DNA of 64,000 nucleotides from Felis catus (lineage: Eukaryota), in NCBI RefSeq assembly GCF_018350175.1, contig NC_058368.1, forward strand, positions 25,794,001-25,858,000. The letters run 5' to 3'. Both the position numbers and the translations under genes were made by a program. Under the pieces are notes generated by a model that had not been told where the DNA came from, did no database searches, and was given only the letters and a program-made list of their open reading frames with translations. Position 1 is the stretch's first letter; every line of letters starts with the position of its first letter. Below are positions 1 through 11,479 of the stretch, piece after piece.

Positions 1-759
1 GAGACGAGAGGTAAATGAATTGGACACATATAGATAGATTCAAGAGGTAGAGTTGACAGGGCTTTGTGATTCCTCACTGCATAGCAGAATAGGACCATCT
101 GACAAGTGATAAGTCAGTACAAGGAAACAAAACACACCTGTCAGCACGCACACAGTATCGTTCCTTCTAGGAGATCAGACAAGGCTCTGGATGTATTTTG
201 CCCGACCAGATGACACAAAGCAGTTGAATTGCTTCTGTTAAGTGTTATGTATGATGTAACATATGGCTGCTGTGGCCTACAAGAAGCCCTCATTGTCAGT
301 AAGTCAATTGAATTGTCCATTAGGGATTACTCTGGAAATAAAGTGTTAAATAAAGCATTGGAAAATTTAATTTGTGGTCACTGTCATGAAATCCAATTTG
401 TTTTCATATAGAATTTACCAAAACTTTTATATCACATTTTATATATTAAATAAAATTGTAGCTAAGAAACAGCATGGAAATACTTGGTCAAAGGACCCAG
501 GTAAAAATCACAAATAACAGTAAGTCCTAAAATACCATATTAAACAGATGGATCCTCACTAATGCCCAGATTTCAAAGCCAGAGAAGCCACACGTGCTGA
601 ATATCGATGAGGGATCATGTCCACACTTCTGCCGAGAGCAAAATCTAGGGGTTTCCCTATTAATGCATCAGACTTTTACTCCCAGTACACAAACATCATG
701 GGCAGGCCAATTTTCACAGGCAGGGTTAGGTGAAAATGTTAGCTAAACCAAGCACAGTC

Positions 760-1035
760 CCCACACCCACCCATCAGTGGGTAGAGTTGAGAAAAGTTCA
801 GTTTAAGGCTGCTTTCTGTAAGGAGAGCTCTTGCCACAGCTTTGTCAATGGAACCTTCACTTCTGTCTCATATAAACAGCTGAGTTGATAATGGCTCTGT
901 TCCATGGAGGGGCTGGGGGCCAAGGGTGCTTCCATTTTACTATTTCACCATCACTGAAGTGCTCCCCTTTTCTACATGGTGGACCACGATGTCTGCATGT
1001 TCCAACCAGCAGGAAAAGGGAAAGGGGAAGAAGGT
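760..1035 (-). mobile_element. Old MaLR LTR fragment (MLT1J/K-like)
   Basis: Resembles antisense MLT1 text (tctgcatgttccaaccagcaggaaaagg); highly diverged. Confidence 0.4.
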
Positions 1036-1079
1036 TTATACCTCCTTTTGTCTAGAGCTTAAAAATATTTTTTTTTTCC

Positions 1080-1167
1080 GGAGCAACATTATTCACAATA
1101 GCCAAAAGGTGGAAGCCACACACACAAGTGTCCATGGGAGGAAGAAAGGATAAACAAAATGTGGTAT

Positions 1168-1199
<32 letters not shown>

Positions 1200-1610
1200 A
1201 CACACACACACATAGTGGAATATTATTCAGCTTTAAAAAAAAGGAAGGAAATTCAGACACGTGCTACAACATGGATGAACCTTGCGGACATTACGTTAAG
1301 TGAAATAAGCAAGTCACAAAAGGACAAGTATGTGTGATTCCACTTATATGAGGTACCTAGAGTAGTCAACTTCATAAAAACATGGTAGAAAAAAAGGTAA
1401 AATGGTGGTTGCCAGCGGTTAAAGGAGGAGGGAATGAGGAACTACTGTTTAATGAGCAAAGAATATCTGATTTGCAAGATGAAAGATTCCTGGAGATGGA
1501 TGGTGGTGATGGTTGCACAACAATATGCATGTACTTAATGTCACTGAAATATACACTTGAAAATGGTTAAGAGGGTAAATTTTATGTTATATGTATTTTA
1601 CCACAAGTTT
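1080..1610 (+). mobile_element. L1MB-like LINE-1 3' end with internal (CA)n
   Basis: ttattcacaatagccaaaaggtggaa...atggatgaacctt...ggttgcacaaca...ttttatgttatatgtattttaccacaa, typical L1M ORF2 end/3'UTR. Confidence 0.9.
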
Positions 1611-1649
1611 TAAAAACACCTAAAATATTTAAAAAAATAAAAAAAATTT

Positions 1650-2230
1650 TATAGTTCCGATTGGGATCCAAGGGTCACACGCATTGTGATTGGCTGAGAT
1701 ATCTTCTAGTTTCCACTTTGTCTCTTTCTCTCTCATTGCTATTAAAAAAAAAAGGGTGGGGGAGGGCACCTGGCTGTCTCAGGAAGAGCATGCGGATCTT
1801 GATCTCAGGGTCGTGAGTTCAAGCCCCATGTTGGTGTACAGACTACTAAAAAATAAATAGACTTTAAACAAATTTTTAAAACTAGATTCGTTTTCCTGTA
1901 TACTTTTCTGCATTCTGTATTTTGCTGATTGTATCCTCAGGGTGTCATTTCTGATGTGCCTCCTTCCCTTTGATTTCCTACAAATTGGTACTTAGATTTT
2001 GAAGTATAATCAGACCTAGGTTCTATGTTGGTGGAGGTGAAGACTATTTCCTTCATATGCACTCTTGTGCACTGTCAGCATGAGATGCATCAAGTCTAGG
2101 TTTCTTTCTTTTTGTGATGTTGGCAGCCATTGATGATTGATTATTCGTAGACCCAGCATTTCATTAGGATTACAAAACTGTTATATTCAAATCTTGCCAT
2201 TTATTCTTTGGAAAAAAATTCCAGCATCAT
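1650..2230 (-). mobile_element. Old L1MC-like fragment
   Basis: Antisense L1MC-like text (tttttgtgatgttggcagccattgatga); interrupted by a short SINE. Confidence 0.5.
1764..1860 (+). mobile_element. Short tRNA-Lys-like carnivore SINE
   Basis: gggcacctggctg...cttgatctcagggtcgtgagttcaagcccc + A-rich tail, no (CT)n. Confidence 0.85.
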
Positions 2231-3826
2231 TCCCATGAGATGAAAGATCAAAACTTGATTCTGGCACAGATCTGAGTGAAGGCCAGTGAGTGAGGTTTTC
2301 ATCATGTGAAGGCTGTGTAAAAGGCCAATGGGTATTTGGATTAAAAGAATAGATCCTGAGCACTGGAAGAGGGCCTCAGGGAGAGCGGCCTGCACTCCAT
2401 CTGCAATACTCTGATTCCCCGGCTCACATCCTCTTTGTCTCTCATTCCCAAAGCCATAGTTTTTTGTTGCTGTTGTTTAATTTTTCCCACAACATCCTTT
2501 GATCACTTGTCAAGAAGAGCTACATGGCCCGTGAAAATTGGAAACCCCAAATTTGCAACCGGCTGATTGCCTCATTGTTTTTATTCCTAGATATAACGGA
2601 TTTCTACAGAACTTGTCTGTCCAGCATCCAGAAAGAAAGGCACCACCTTTCTTCTGTGATTGCTAAACTAAGAGAATTAAGTGCCCATTTGGGGTGCACA
2701 CAAGTTCAGCTCTGTGTGGGGATACAGGAGGCTGGGTCGCAAGTCTTTGTTCTGTAACTAGCTGGCCCATGTGGACACATTTCCGTAATTCCTCAGGACT
2801 GGTAAACAAACTATACTTGGGAGGACAGAACTGATCAATATGGAATGACTTCTGAGAGGAGACTGTAGGTAGTGATATTTCTGTTCCATTGCTATCTATT
2901 TTTCTGGCTTCAATGCTTAGATTTAACTACAGGGGAAAAAGCCCTTAGCAGTTACTTATCATTGTCTATTCTTTTGTTTCTATGTACCTCTCATTAATGA
3001 GATAATCAGAATTTGCCTACTGCCTGAATCCAAAGGGTATTATGTAAATCACATTTTAAAATTGATTTTATTATAGTGATCCATTTACAATTCCATTCAG
3101 TTTTCAGAAACCTTAAGCAATGAATACTTTGTGGTGAAAGGGATGTTAACTGCTTTCCCTGGGGTCAGACATTCTCTTTGTAAATCGCAAATCCAATAGC
3201 CATTAAGAACCCAGAAGAAGAATTGACCATTAGTATTACAAGAGTTATAATTGAGCATTTATTTAACTCTAAAGCAAATTTGTTTTCAGTAGATTTTTTC
3301 TCTTCTTCTGACATCTTCTAAATGAAATAATTACTGCAAATCTTTTGATTCAGCTTATTCATTATGTTGGTTAACTATGTGAGTCTTCAATTCCAACAAA
3401 TGTTTCTTCAATGACTAAAACCCTTCTCTCTCTTGTCAGTATAAAGTGTGGGTCACTGATGATTTACAAAATGCACTTAACAGTCCTGACTTTCTGTATT
3501 GGTTGTGGTGGTGGGGTTGGCAGGTGGTGGAGAGACAAATGCTAGGATAAAAATTCCTTTCCATATCCAGACAGATGTAACCAATATCTTCTTGTGTGAA
3601 GCGGCAGACTAGAACAAATGTGTTGCACCTGCTATAGAACTATTTGAATTTAGATGAACTTTCTATGTGTTATTTAAGTTCCACCAGGCAAGAAAAATTA
3701 AAACTGTAACTTACACTGAGAGAATCCCTGACTAATCTACTATTCGGTGTGAGTTACTACCTACCTTCTTGGACAACTCCCACTGCTGCCATTGGCTACA
3801 ACTCTGGGGTGGTTTTAAAATACATC

Positions 3827-3912
3827 TTCCTTCCTTCCTTCCTTCCTTCCTTCCTTCCTTCCTTCCTCCCTCCCTCCCTCCCTCCCTCCCTTCCTTCCTT
3901 CCTTCCTTCCCT
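3827..3912. repeat. (CCTT)n/(CCCT)n microsatellite
   Basis: Direct reading. Confidence 0.95.
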
Positions 3913-3989
3913 TTTTCTTTCTTATATTCCAATTCTTTGATACTCCTTCCTACAAAATGTGAAGCCTAGTAGGCTCCTCCTCCATATAG

Positions 3990-4718
3990 CATATAGGCCA
4001 CACCCATCGACTCACTTCAAACAAATAGAATGTGGTGGAAGTGAAGTAGTTCTATGATTTCCATGACTAGGTCATAACAAGAATAGCCTTCCACCTGCTC
4101 CTCCCTCTCCCTCTCTCTTTCCCAATTATTTTATTCAGGCTATTGCAATAGTGGAAACTAAAGCTGAAGATCGGGAGTGTCTCAGAAGGATGGTTTTATC
4201 TTAGACTTTTATACGGAGGGGTAATAAGTTACAGATTTACAGTCTGGGTGTGGTTTATTTGCCAGCACAAGCCTCAGTTAGTTATCCAAAGAGGAAAAGT
4301 TTTTTTCTGGTGAGCTGCCTACAAAGGAACAAAGCAGTTCTAATTTTACCTAATCAAATATGAGGCAAAGAATAGGAAGTCGAAGGATCATGTTGGAGGG
4401 CCTGCCTTGTCGGCAGGTTCAGGAAAAAGGGGAGAGGTCTGCGTTTGTCTCGGTCGGCAACCTCATTCCGGGGGACGCTAAGCGCCGTGTTGACGCTCCA
4501 GCAGCCTGGTGAACGTGTCCCGGGTCGACATGCTCCTGTATAAAGAGGCTCAGGTGCAGCGACACCAAGTAGCCAGCAGCCCGAGTGAGCCTCCCTGAGA
4601 CGGCTCCTCCCACTTCAATCAGGCCTGTAGATGGTTTCAGCCTCCTGGTCTTTGCATCCTCCAGCTGCGGCCCCAGATACCATAAAGCAGAGGCAAACAG
4701 CAATAGATAACTAATACA
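3990..4718 (+). mobile_element. MLT1-type MaLR LTR, split by a nested LTR at ~4120-4462
   Basis: aacaaatagaatgtggtggaagtga...ctaggtcataa 5' part; canonical MLT1 end gcaatagataactaataca. Confidence 0.7.
4120..4462 (-). mobile_element. ERV1-type LTR fragment nested in MLT1
   Basis: tttattcaggctattgcaatag (antisense polyA-signal region); interrupts MLT1 continuity. Confidence 0.5.
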
Positions 4719-5164
4719 GGCTCTCCCTCTCAACGTGCAGATGCATCAGTGTTGGTAAAAACGCCCACAGCCCCGTGCTCCCTTCCGGATCCCTTCTTAA
4801 CACCCAAAATGCGAATGAGGTCATAGCTGGGAAAATAGGTGTGCCTCTAGCAGTAGGCGCCTAGGGAAACCTAAATCAGCCATGATTTTGTTGAGTATGA
4901 AAGAAATGACAACTTCATGAATGGAAGCGATGAAAAACTCTTCACCGTGCTTCTTAGCAACTAGAGAAGTCTGTTTATTTCGTTTACAGTCCCCAAAATG
5001 CTCATGTGTAGTGCAACCAGGCCAATTATAGCACAATCCAAAGTTTACATTGCCAGTCTAAAAAACAAAATAGCTGCTACTGAAGGAAAATTCAGTTGTC
5101 TATGTTTTAAGATGGAAAAACCAAGGGGAAGTTTGAAATCTAGGGTTTAGAACCTGGCTAATCA

Positions 5165-5420
5165 AAGTGGCCCTCCAAAGAACAAGGTCACATCACTTAA
5201 GAGCTTTGTTAGAAATGCAGAATTTAGGGGCACCTGGCCGGCTCAGTTCGTAGAGCAAGTTTGAGCTCCACGCTAGGTGTAGAGATGACTCAGAAATAAA
5301 ATCTTAAATAAAAAAAAAGAACACAAAAACGCAGAATTTAGAGCCCCACCCCAGGCCTACTGAATCAGAATCTGCACTTTCACATCTCCAGGTGATTCAT
5401 ATGCACATGAAACTCTGAGG
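5165..5420. mobile_element. MER5A (hAT-Charlie MITE) interrupted by a SINE
   Basis: ttgttagaaatgcagaat...ccccaccccaggcctactgaatcagaatctgca...caggtgattcatatgcacat. Confidence 0.85.
5227..5318 (+). mobile_element. Short tRNA-like SINE with internal deletion
   Basis: ggggcacctggccggctcag head, A tail, TSD gcagaattta. Confidence 0.85.
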
Positions 5421-5439
5421 ATGGGGGTGGGAGTGGGGA

Positions 5440-5550
5440 TGGTTAATTCATACATTCAGTTCTTCAATAAATATTCTTTGAATATGCATTGCACTGGGAA
5501 TACAACAGTGAATAACTTGCAATTCCCTTCCAGCTATGGAGCTTTATATT
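5440..5550 (-). mobile_element. L2 3'-end fragment
   Basis: ttcaataaatatt...gcactgggaatacaacagtgaa...atggagcttta. Confidence 0.6.
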
Positions 5551-6944
5551 TTTAAAATCTAATTCCTTGACAGGTAGAATTATTTTTCTCTGGCTTCTCT
5601 GCTATCATTATGCGATAGTAATTACAGAATCATTCAAACAGGAAGACAGGTGCCAGAGAGAATGGGGGGGAATATTCCTTTAAGATCAGAACTTTACTTA
5701 CCTAAAATGGGAGAATTATGTGCACATACATTAAAACATCCACTGCTGGTGCTGACAACTTGGTACAAATTGCCTGCATACGAATTCCAAGGTTCTCTGA
5801 CTTGACTTTCAAAATTGCTCCACAAATCCCTGGGAAATTTCACAGTGTTTTGGAAACAGTGAGATTCTGACAGCATGTCAAGCACCCACTATTGTGTCTT
5901 CCCACGTTGCATCTGTAACAATAACCCATAGGGCATGCTAGAAAAGGTGACAGAGGTTGTCTAAAATGATATTTGCCACTGGCCATGGAGCTAGAAGGAT
6001 TTTTATCTTTTAAATTCCATTAATAGGAACTTGGGCAGGAGAAAAGAAAATGGGGGAAGCAAATAAAAGAATATATAAAAGGAAAAGAAAATAAGAGGAA
6101 AGAGAGAAGTATAGTACCATTAGGACTAACCTCCTATTCCTGTTCAGTGGTCCTTGGTGCCTTAGGCTGCCTGCCTTTGGTCTGGCTCCTTCATTTAGCA
6201 GCCAGTAAAGAAAAAGCTACAGCTATTATTTTTAAATGTCATTTCCTTTCCCTCAGAGGTCAGATTTCAAAAGCGGCTCCTTTCAAAGGTTGAAGGGAAA
6301 AATTGATTTGTAAGACAAGATACTTTGTCAACTTTATAAAATCGCTCTCTCTGGGACTCTTGAAAATACTATTACTCCTTTTATGCATATGAGAAACAGG
6401 GTGCTATTCTGCTGTAACCTCTCTAGTCCTGTAAATTTACATAAACGTGATTAATCAATAGGGCTCGTTTATTTGTTGGTGGAGAAATTTTGGTAAGCTA
6501 ATTATGCCGTTGTGTATAGTACTTTTACGTCTTAATGAGTGCCTGATACATATTAATATCAAGAACACAGCGATAAATATTTGTTAAATAAATACATGGA
6601 ATTGAACTCAGAAAGACAACGAAAAATGTAATTTAGACCCCATCTGTCAAGGACTCAGCAGTTGGTTTTATGACCAGTCACCACCTGCTACCTCAACAAG
6701 GCTATTTTAATGAAAAGGGATAACATTGATTTGTATCCTTTAGCTGCAGTTCGGCTCCAGGATTGCTCAATATTATGGTCTTTTGGGAGGCAAGTTTGTT
6801 AAAAGCAATGCTAGATGAGGCAAACATATAATGGTCAAGTGGTATGTAGCTGCAAAATCCTCCCAAACCAAACATTCACATAATGAGCTCGGTTTGTGAG
6901 TTTAGAATTTTAATGAACAGAAGGCAGTGTTTGAAGCCCTAAAG

Positions 6945-6946
<2 letters not shown>

Positions 6947-6987
<41 letters not shown>
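6947..6987. repeat. (TG)n microsatellite
   Basis: Direct reading. Confidence 0.97.
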
Positions 6988-6989
<2 letters not shown>

Positions 6990-7218
6990 GCAATGGCTTC
7001 TGAAGCACACTTAACAAAAGCACATGCTTCAAAGAAGCTAACTGAATGTTTTACGTTCACTACATGCTCATTAGTAACTCTTCTCATTTCTCCCATTTAC
7101 TTCTTTTCTTACTGATCTTAAGGATGCAATTAAAATCCCAGTGACTTGTGGTTTCTGCTGGAGCGATAAATAGTACCTGACCCCATGTGATCTGCTGCAT
7201 GAATAAAGATCAGGATTT

Positions 7219-7251
7219 CATCTTCTAGCAACTCCTGGTTGCTAAGGAGAC
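7219..7251. promoter_or_regulatory. Inverted pair of RFX X-box-like motifs
   Basis: ATCTTCTAGCAAC-tcctg-GTTGCTAAGGAGAC in unique sequence. Confidence 0.45.
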
Positions 7252-7559
7252 TACTGGCATCTCTATGTCCTAGGTACCATATTGCTTGGAAAGAATTACA
7301 GCAGTTTTGCCTGTTACTTTCCCAGAGAGAAAACCTGAAAACTCATTAAGGCAGCCAACATTTTAAGATTCTACTGGTCTCTTTAATGTTTGGAGTGCCT
7401 TTGGCCCTGGAGCGTAACTTGTGAACATGTTGGCATCTAAATGAGTACAGCCTCAGAAATGACAGTGCAGCTTTGTTACAGAAAATACCATGAATAGTTA
7501 GGCTGTGGGTACCAAAGTCTCTGACCTGGCCTGTGACAAAGGCCTGTTTTGTTGTTTAT

Positions 7560-7766
7560 TCCTTCTTTTTCCTTGCTTCCTTCCTCCCTCTTTTTCTTCC
7601 TTCCTTCCTTCCTTCCTTCCTTCCTTCCTTCTTCCTTCCTTCCTTCTTCCTTCCTTCCTCCTTTCCCTTCCCTTCCCTTCCCTTCCCTTCCCTTCCCTTC
7701 CCTTCCCTTCCTTTCCTTTCCTTTCCTTTCCTTTCCTTTCCTTTCCTTTCCTTTCCTTTCCTTTCT
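7560..7766. repeat. Compound pyrimidine microsatellite (CCTT)n-(CCCTT)n-(CCTTT)n
   Basis: Direct reading; about 200 bp with almost no purine on the + strand. Confidence 0.97.
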
Positions 7767-7837
7767 GCAGAGCAACTCACCCTGTTAAACGTCAGAGTCA
7801 GTAGACGACGCTTATTTTCCAGCCCTGTTTCTAACAT

Positions 7838-7955
7838 CTGACCCTGGGCAAGTCCGCTCTCTGACCCTCAGTTTCCTTATCCTTAAAGCAGAAAAATAGT
7901 GATACCTCATAATGTTGTTCATGAGGATTAGAGGAGATCATGAAAACATGTAAAT
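7838..7955 (+). mobile_element. MIR
   Basis: tgaccctgggcaagt...ctcagtttccttatc...gttcatgaggatta MIR core. Confidence 0.8.
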
Positions 7956-8216
7956 TGCAAAGCAGGGCTAAGTTCATGACCCAGGGGAGGTTCCCCCAGG
8001 CCAACTTTAGGAGTTTCACTGCCAGCTTGTCTATTAAGGAGCCCTTAGGATCAGCACCTGCAGAAGAAAGCAGGCTGAGTACAGGGAGAAATCTAGTTGT
8101 GAATAGATGCGCTCCAACAACGACTGCAGCCAGCCCTCAGATGAATTCCCAGGCTAGCGTGGCGCTCCAGGATCGTCCCAAACGGGGCTGGCATGGCCAG
8201 GCCTTCCCCCCAACCC

Positions 8217-8577
8217 CTTACGGATTGAGTGTTGGTGTCCTCCCCAAATTCCTATGTTGAAGCCTAGATCGCCAGCATTGGATGGTATTTGGAGCTGAGG
8301 CTTTGGGAGGCAATTAGGTTTAGATGTGGTCACAAGGGTGAGGCCCCATGATGGGATTAGTGTGTCCTTATAAAAAGAAGAAAAGACCACAGCTCTTTCC
8401 TTCCCCACTGACACACGAGAAGGCAGTCAGGTACAAGTGAGGATGAGAGCTCTCACCAAGCACCTGTGGTGGCACACTGACCTTGGACTTCGACTTCCAG
8501 AACTATGAGAAGATAATCGTCTGTTGTTCAAGCCCCCACAGTCTACGGCATTTGTTATAACAGTCCAGGCTAAGACA
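8217..8577 (+). mobile_element. MLT1A-like MaLR solo LTR
   Basis: ccccaaattcctatgttgaa...catgatgggattagtg...ccagaactatgaga...ggctaagaca. Confidence 0.85.
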
Positions 8578-9134
8578 CCCTTCGTCAGTTACTGGATCTG
8601 GGCTGCCCCAAGAAGGCGCATGACCATTTTCCTACGCAGCTCAGGTAATTCTTGAAGGAACTAATCAGCTTGAGGCTGTCTCTGGTACACATCACAGTGA
8701 ACAGTACAATCACTATTATTACCTTTCACTCTTCGCCACTGAAAAACCTCACTCTGTCCAGCCGTTTTCTGTCATGTGAAAAAACAAGCTCGTTACTGAC
8801 CTCACATGTCACTTGTTCACCTCTTCTTGGTTCCACTCCTCTCCCCTTTTGCACAAATCGCTTTAAACAGTGATTGCTGCCCACCTTTTCATCTGCAATA
8901 TATCCAGGGTTGCAAAACACATCTATTAGCCAAGGTGGCTTTCTGCACCTGTGATTTTCCAAAGGTGGGCACTCAGGGATGATGGGCTGGATCTTCCTCT
9001 CTGGGCAATATATGAGGATCCTAGAACAAATTGCTAATCACATCCATTCCATGTGGAGGTAAGCTCTTATTTTCAAGTCTTAGGGCAACTCACAATTACT
9101 CTTTTGTGTTGTAACAAAAACAAATGGATTTAAG

Positions 9135-9477
9135 TGAAAGGGCGGGCCTACGCGGGTCGACTCCATCTTGTTCTGTGTCCTTCACCTTAACCACACCTCC
9201 TCCCCTTGAGTAACCCCCCCCCCCCCACCTGCCTAACAGGACTCGGACCCTTCCCCAGCCAATCGGCTGAGGCCATAGCCATTACCTCACCAATTGCCCC
9301 TAGGCCCCAATAAAACCTTTGTCCTTTTGAAACTCGCTCTCTCTCCCTGGTATCTCACCGCTGCTTTGGTGCAGGTAGGGGATTGAGCTCGAGCTAGCTC
9401 GAATAAAGGCTCTTTTGCTTTTGCATCGGACTCGGCTCCCTAGTGGTCTTTGAGGATCACGAATTCGGGGCATAACA
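9135..9477 (+). mobile_element. Young gammaretrovirus-like (ERV1) solo LTR, 343 bp
   Basis: Starts TGAAAG, ends CA, perfect 4-bp TSD TAAG (9131-9134/9478-9481), CCAAT boxes, AATAAA 9402-9407, many intact CpGs. Confidence 0.9.
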
Positions 9478-9521
9478 TAAGTACGTGAGAACCATGGTAA
9501 AATTTGTAATTTAGAAAGATT

Positions 9522-9744
9522 AAAAAAATTTTTTTTTAATGTTTATTTTTGAGAGAGAGACAGAGAGAGAGACAGAGCATGAGTGGAGGAGGGGCAGAGA
9601 GAGGCGACACAGAATCTGAAGCAGGCTCCAGGCTTTGAGCTGTCAGCACAGAGCCCGACATGGGGCTCGAACTCAGGAACCCTGAGATCATGACCCGAGA
9701 TAAAGTTGGACGCCCAACCAACTGAGCCCCCCCCCAGGCGCCCC
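9522..9744 (-). mobile_element. CanSINE (SINEC_Fc-like)
   Basis: Antisense head, (GA)n, T tail. Confidence 0.95.
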
Positions 9745-9958
9745 AAGATTTTTTTTTAGAAAGGTTTCTAAAACTAGAATATAGACCAGGTGGGGAACAC
9801 TAGGAGCAGGGAGCTTTACTGAAGGACTAATCATATACTAATCAAACTACAGGTTTCCTATTTCTTCTCCCAAATTCCCACTCCATTAATTTGTACTTTG
9901 TAGAATTTTATATACTTGGAATTACATAATATGTACTTTTTCCAGTCTCACTTCTTTC

Positions 9959-10761
9959 TTTCTTTTTCTTTTTTTGATTTATTTAATTATATATATATAC
10001 CTTCAGGAATAGAATTTAGTGATTCATCCCCTACATATAACACCCAGTGCTCATCCCAACAAGTGCCCTCCTTAATGTCCATCACCCCGTTAGCCCATCC
10101 CCCCACCCAACATCCCTCCAGCAATCCTCAGCTTGTTCTCTGTATTTAAGAGTCTCTTATGATTTATCTCTCTGTTTTTATACTATTTTTGCTCCCTTTC
10201 CCTTATGTTCATCTGTTTTGTATCTTAAATTCCACATGAGTGAAATCATATGATACTTATCTTTCATTTATTTAGCTTAGCATAATACACTCTGGTTCCA
10301 ACCACCTTGTTGGAAATGGCAAGATTTCATTCTTTTTGATTGCTGAGTAATATTCCATTATATATATAATATATTATATATATAATATATTATATGTATA
10401 TATAATATATAATATATATAATATATATACACCACATCTTCTTTATCCACTCATCAGTCCATGGACAGGCTCTTTCCATACTTTGGCTATTACCAATAGC
10501 ACTGCTATAAACATTGGAGTGCAAATGTTTGGAGTGCAATCAACATTTTTGTATCCTTTGGATAAATCCCTAGTAGTGCACTTGCTGGGTGGTAGGATAG
10601 TTCTATTTTTAACTTTTTGAGGAACCTCCACACTGGTTTCCAGAGTGACTGCACCAGTTTGCATTCCTACCAGCGGTGCAAGAGGGTTCCCCTTTCTCCA
10701 CATCCTCGCCAACATCTGTTGTTGCCTGAGTTGTTAATTTTCGCCATTCTGACAGGTTTCA
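9959..10761 (-). mobile_element. 5'-truncated carnivore L1 (ORF2 C-terminus + 3'UTR) with (TA)n expansion
   Basis: TSD tctcacttctttc (9946-9958/10762-10774); ORF 10443-10715 resembles the L1 ORF2p C-terminus (CTPMFIA...IAKVWKEP). Confidence 0.92.
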
Positions 10762-10937
10762 TCTCACTTCTTTCATTCATGATAATAATTTTGAGATTCA
10801 TCAAAATTGTTGCATTTATTACTAATTTGCCCTGTTATATCTCCAAGTAGGATCCCATTATAATATATGGATATACCACAATTTGTTTATCCATGTACTG
10901 ACTGATGGACATTTGGGATATTAAAAATAAAGTGCTA

Positions 10938-11148
10938 GGGGCACCTGGGTGGCTCAGTCAGTTGAGCATCACACTTTGGCTCAGGTCATGATCTCGCAGT
11001 TCACGAGTTCTGCCCCCCACCCCCCGTCAGGCTCTGCGCTGACAGCTCAGCCTGGAGCCTGCTTCAGATTCTGCGTCTCCCTCTCCCTCTGCCCCTCCCC
11101 CGCTTGTGCTCTGTCTCTCCCTCAAAAATAATAATAATAAAAAACATC
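10938..11148 (+). mobile_element. CanSINE
   Basis: Head/(CT)n/A tail; TSD aaaaataaagtg. Confidence 0.95.
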
Positions 11149-11479
11149 TAAAAAATAAAGTGGTATGAACATTTGTATGCGAGTCTTTGTTTCAAGTAAA
11201 AGAGTAACCCTGGTCACTGTCACCGCATTGTGGCCAGAATGAAGGCAGTCAGATTTTTAGTGCTCCACTCTTTATCACGAATGGATACCTTGGGATTACC
11301 AAGTATTTGATTAAAGTCTCCAACATGAAAAACAGACTTAAACAAGTAGCTTTTTTTTTAAAGAGGACAGCAAAGTAAATATGAAATGGTACACATCAAG
11401 AGTAAATTCTAACAAAAAATAATAATAGATTCTGGAGAATAGCTGGGATGGAGAATAGGCCAGAAATAAAACATAAGAC

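Larger units (their letters stand above)
9870..11190 (-). mobile_element. Old L1M fragment hosting a younger L1 and a SINE
   Basis: Antisense L1M 3' text either side of the insertions (ttttgagattcatc...gatggacatttgg...tatgaacatttgtatgc). Confidence 0.7.

Noticed and set aside
7476..7841. Low-complexity ORFs (RKEG/PSFL repeats), also at 3732-3969 and 38830-39337
   Set aside because: Microsatellite translations.
10443..10715. 90-aa ORF with real protein similarity
   Set aside because: Frameshifted L1 ORF2p C-terminus within a truncated L1, not a host gene; the same applies to 40779-41143.
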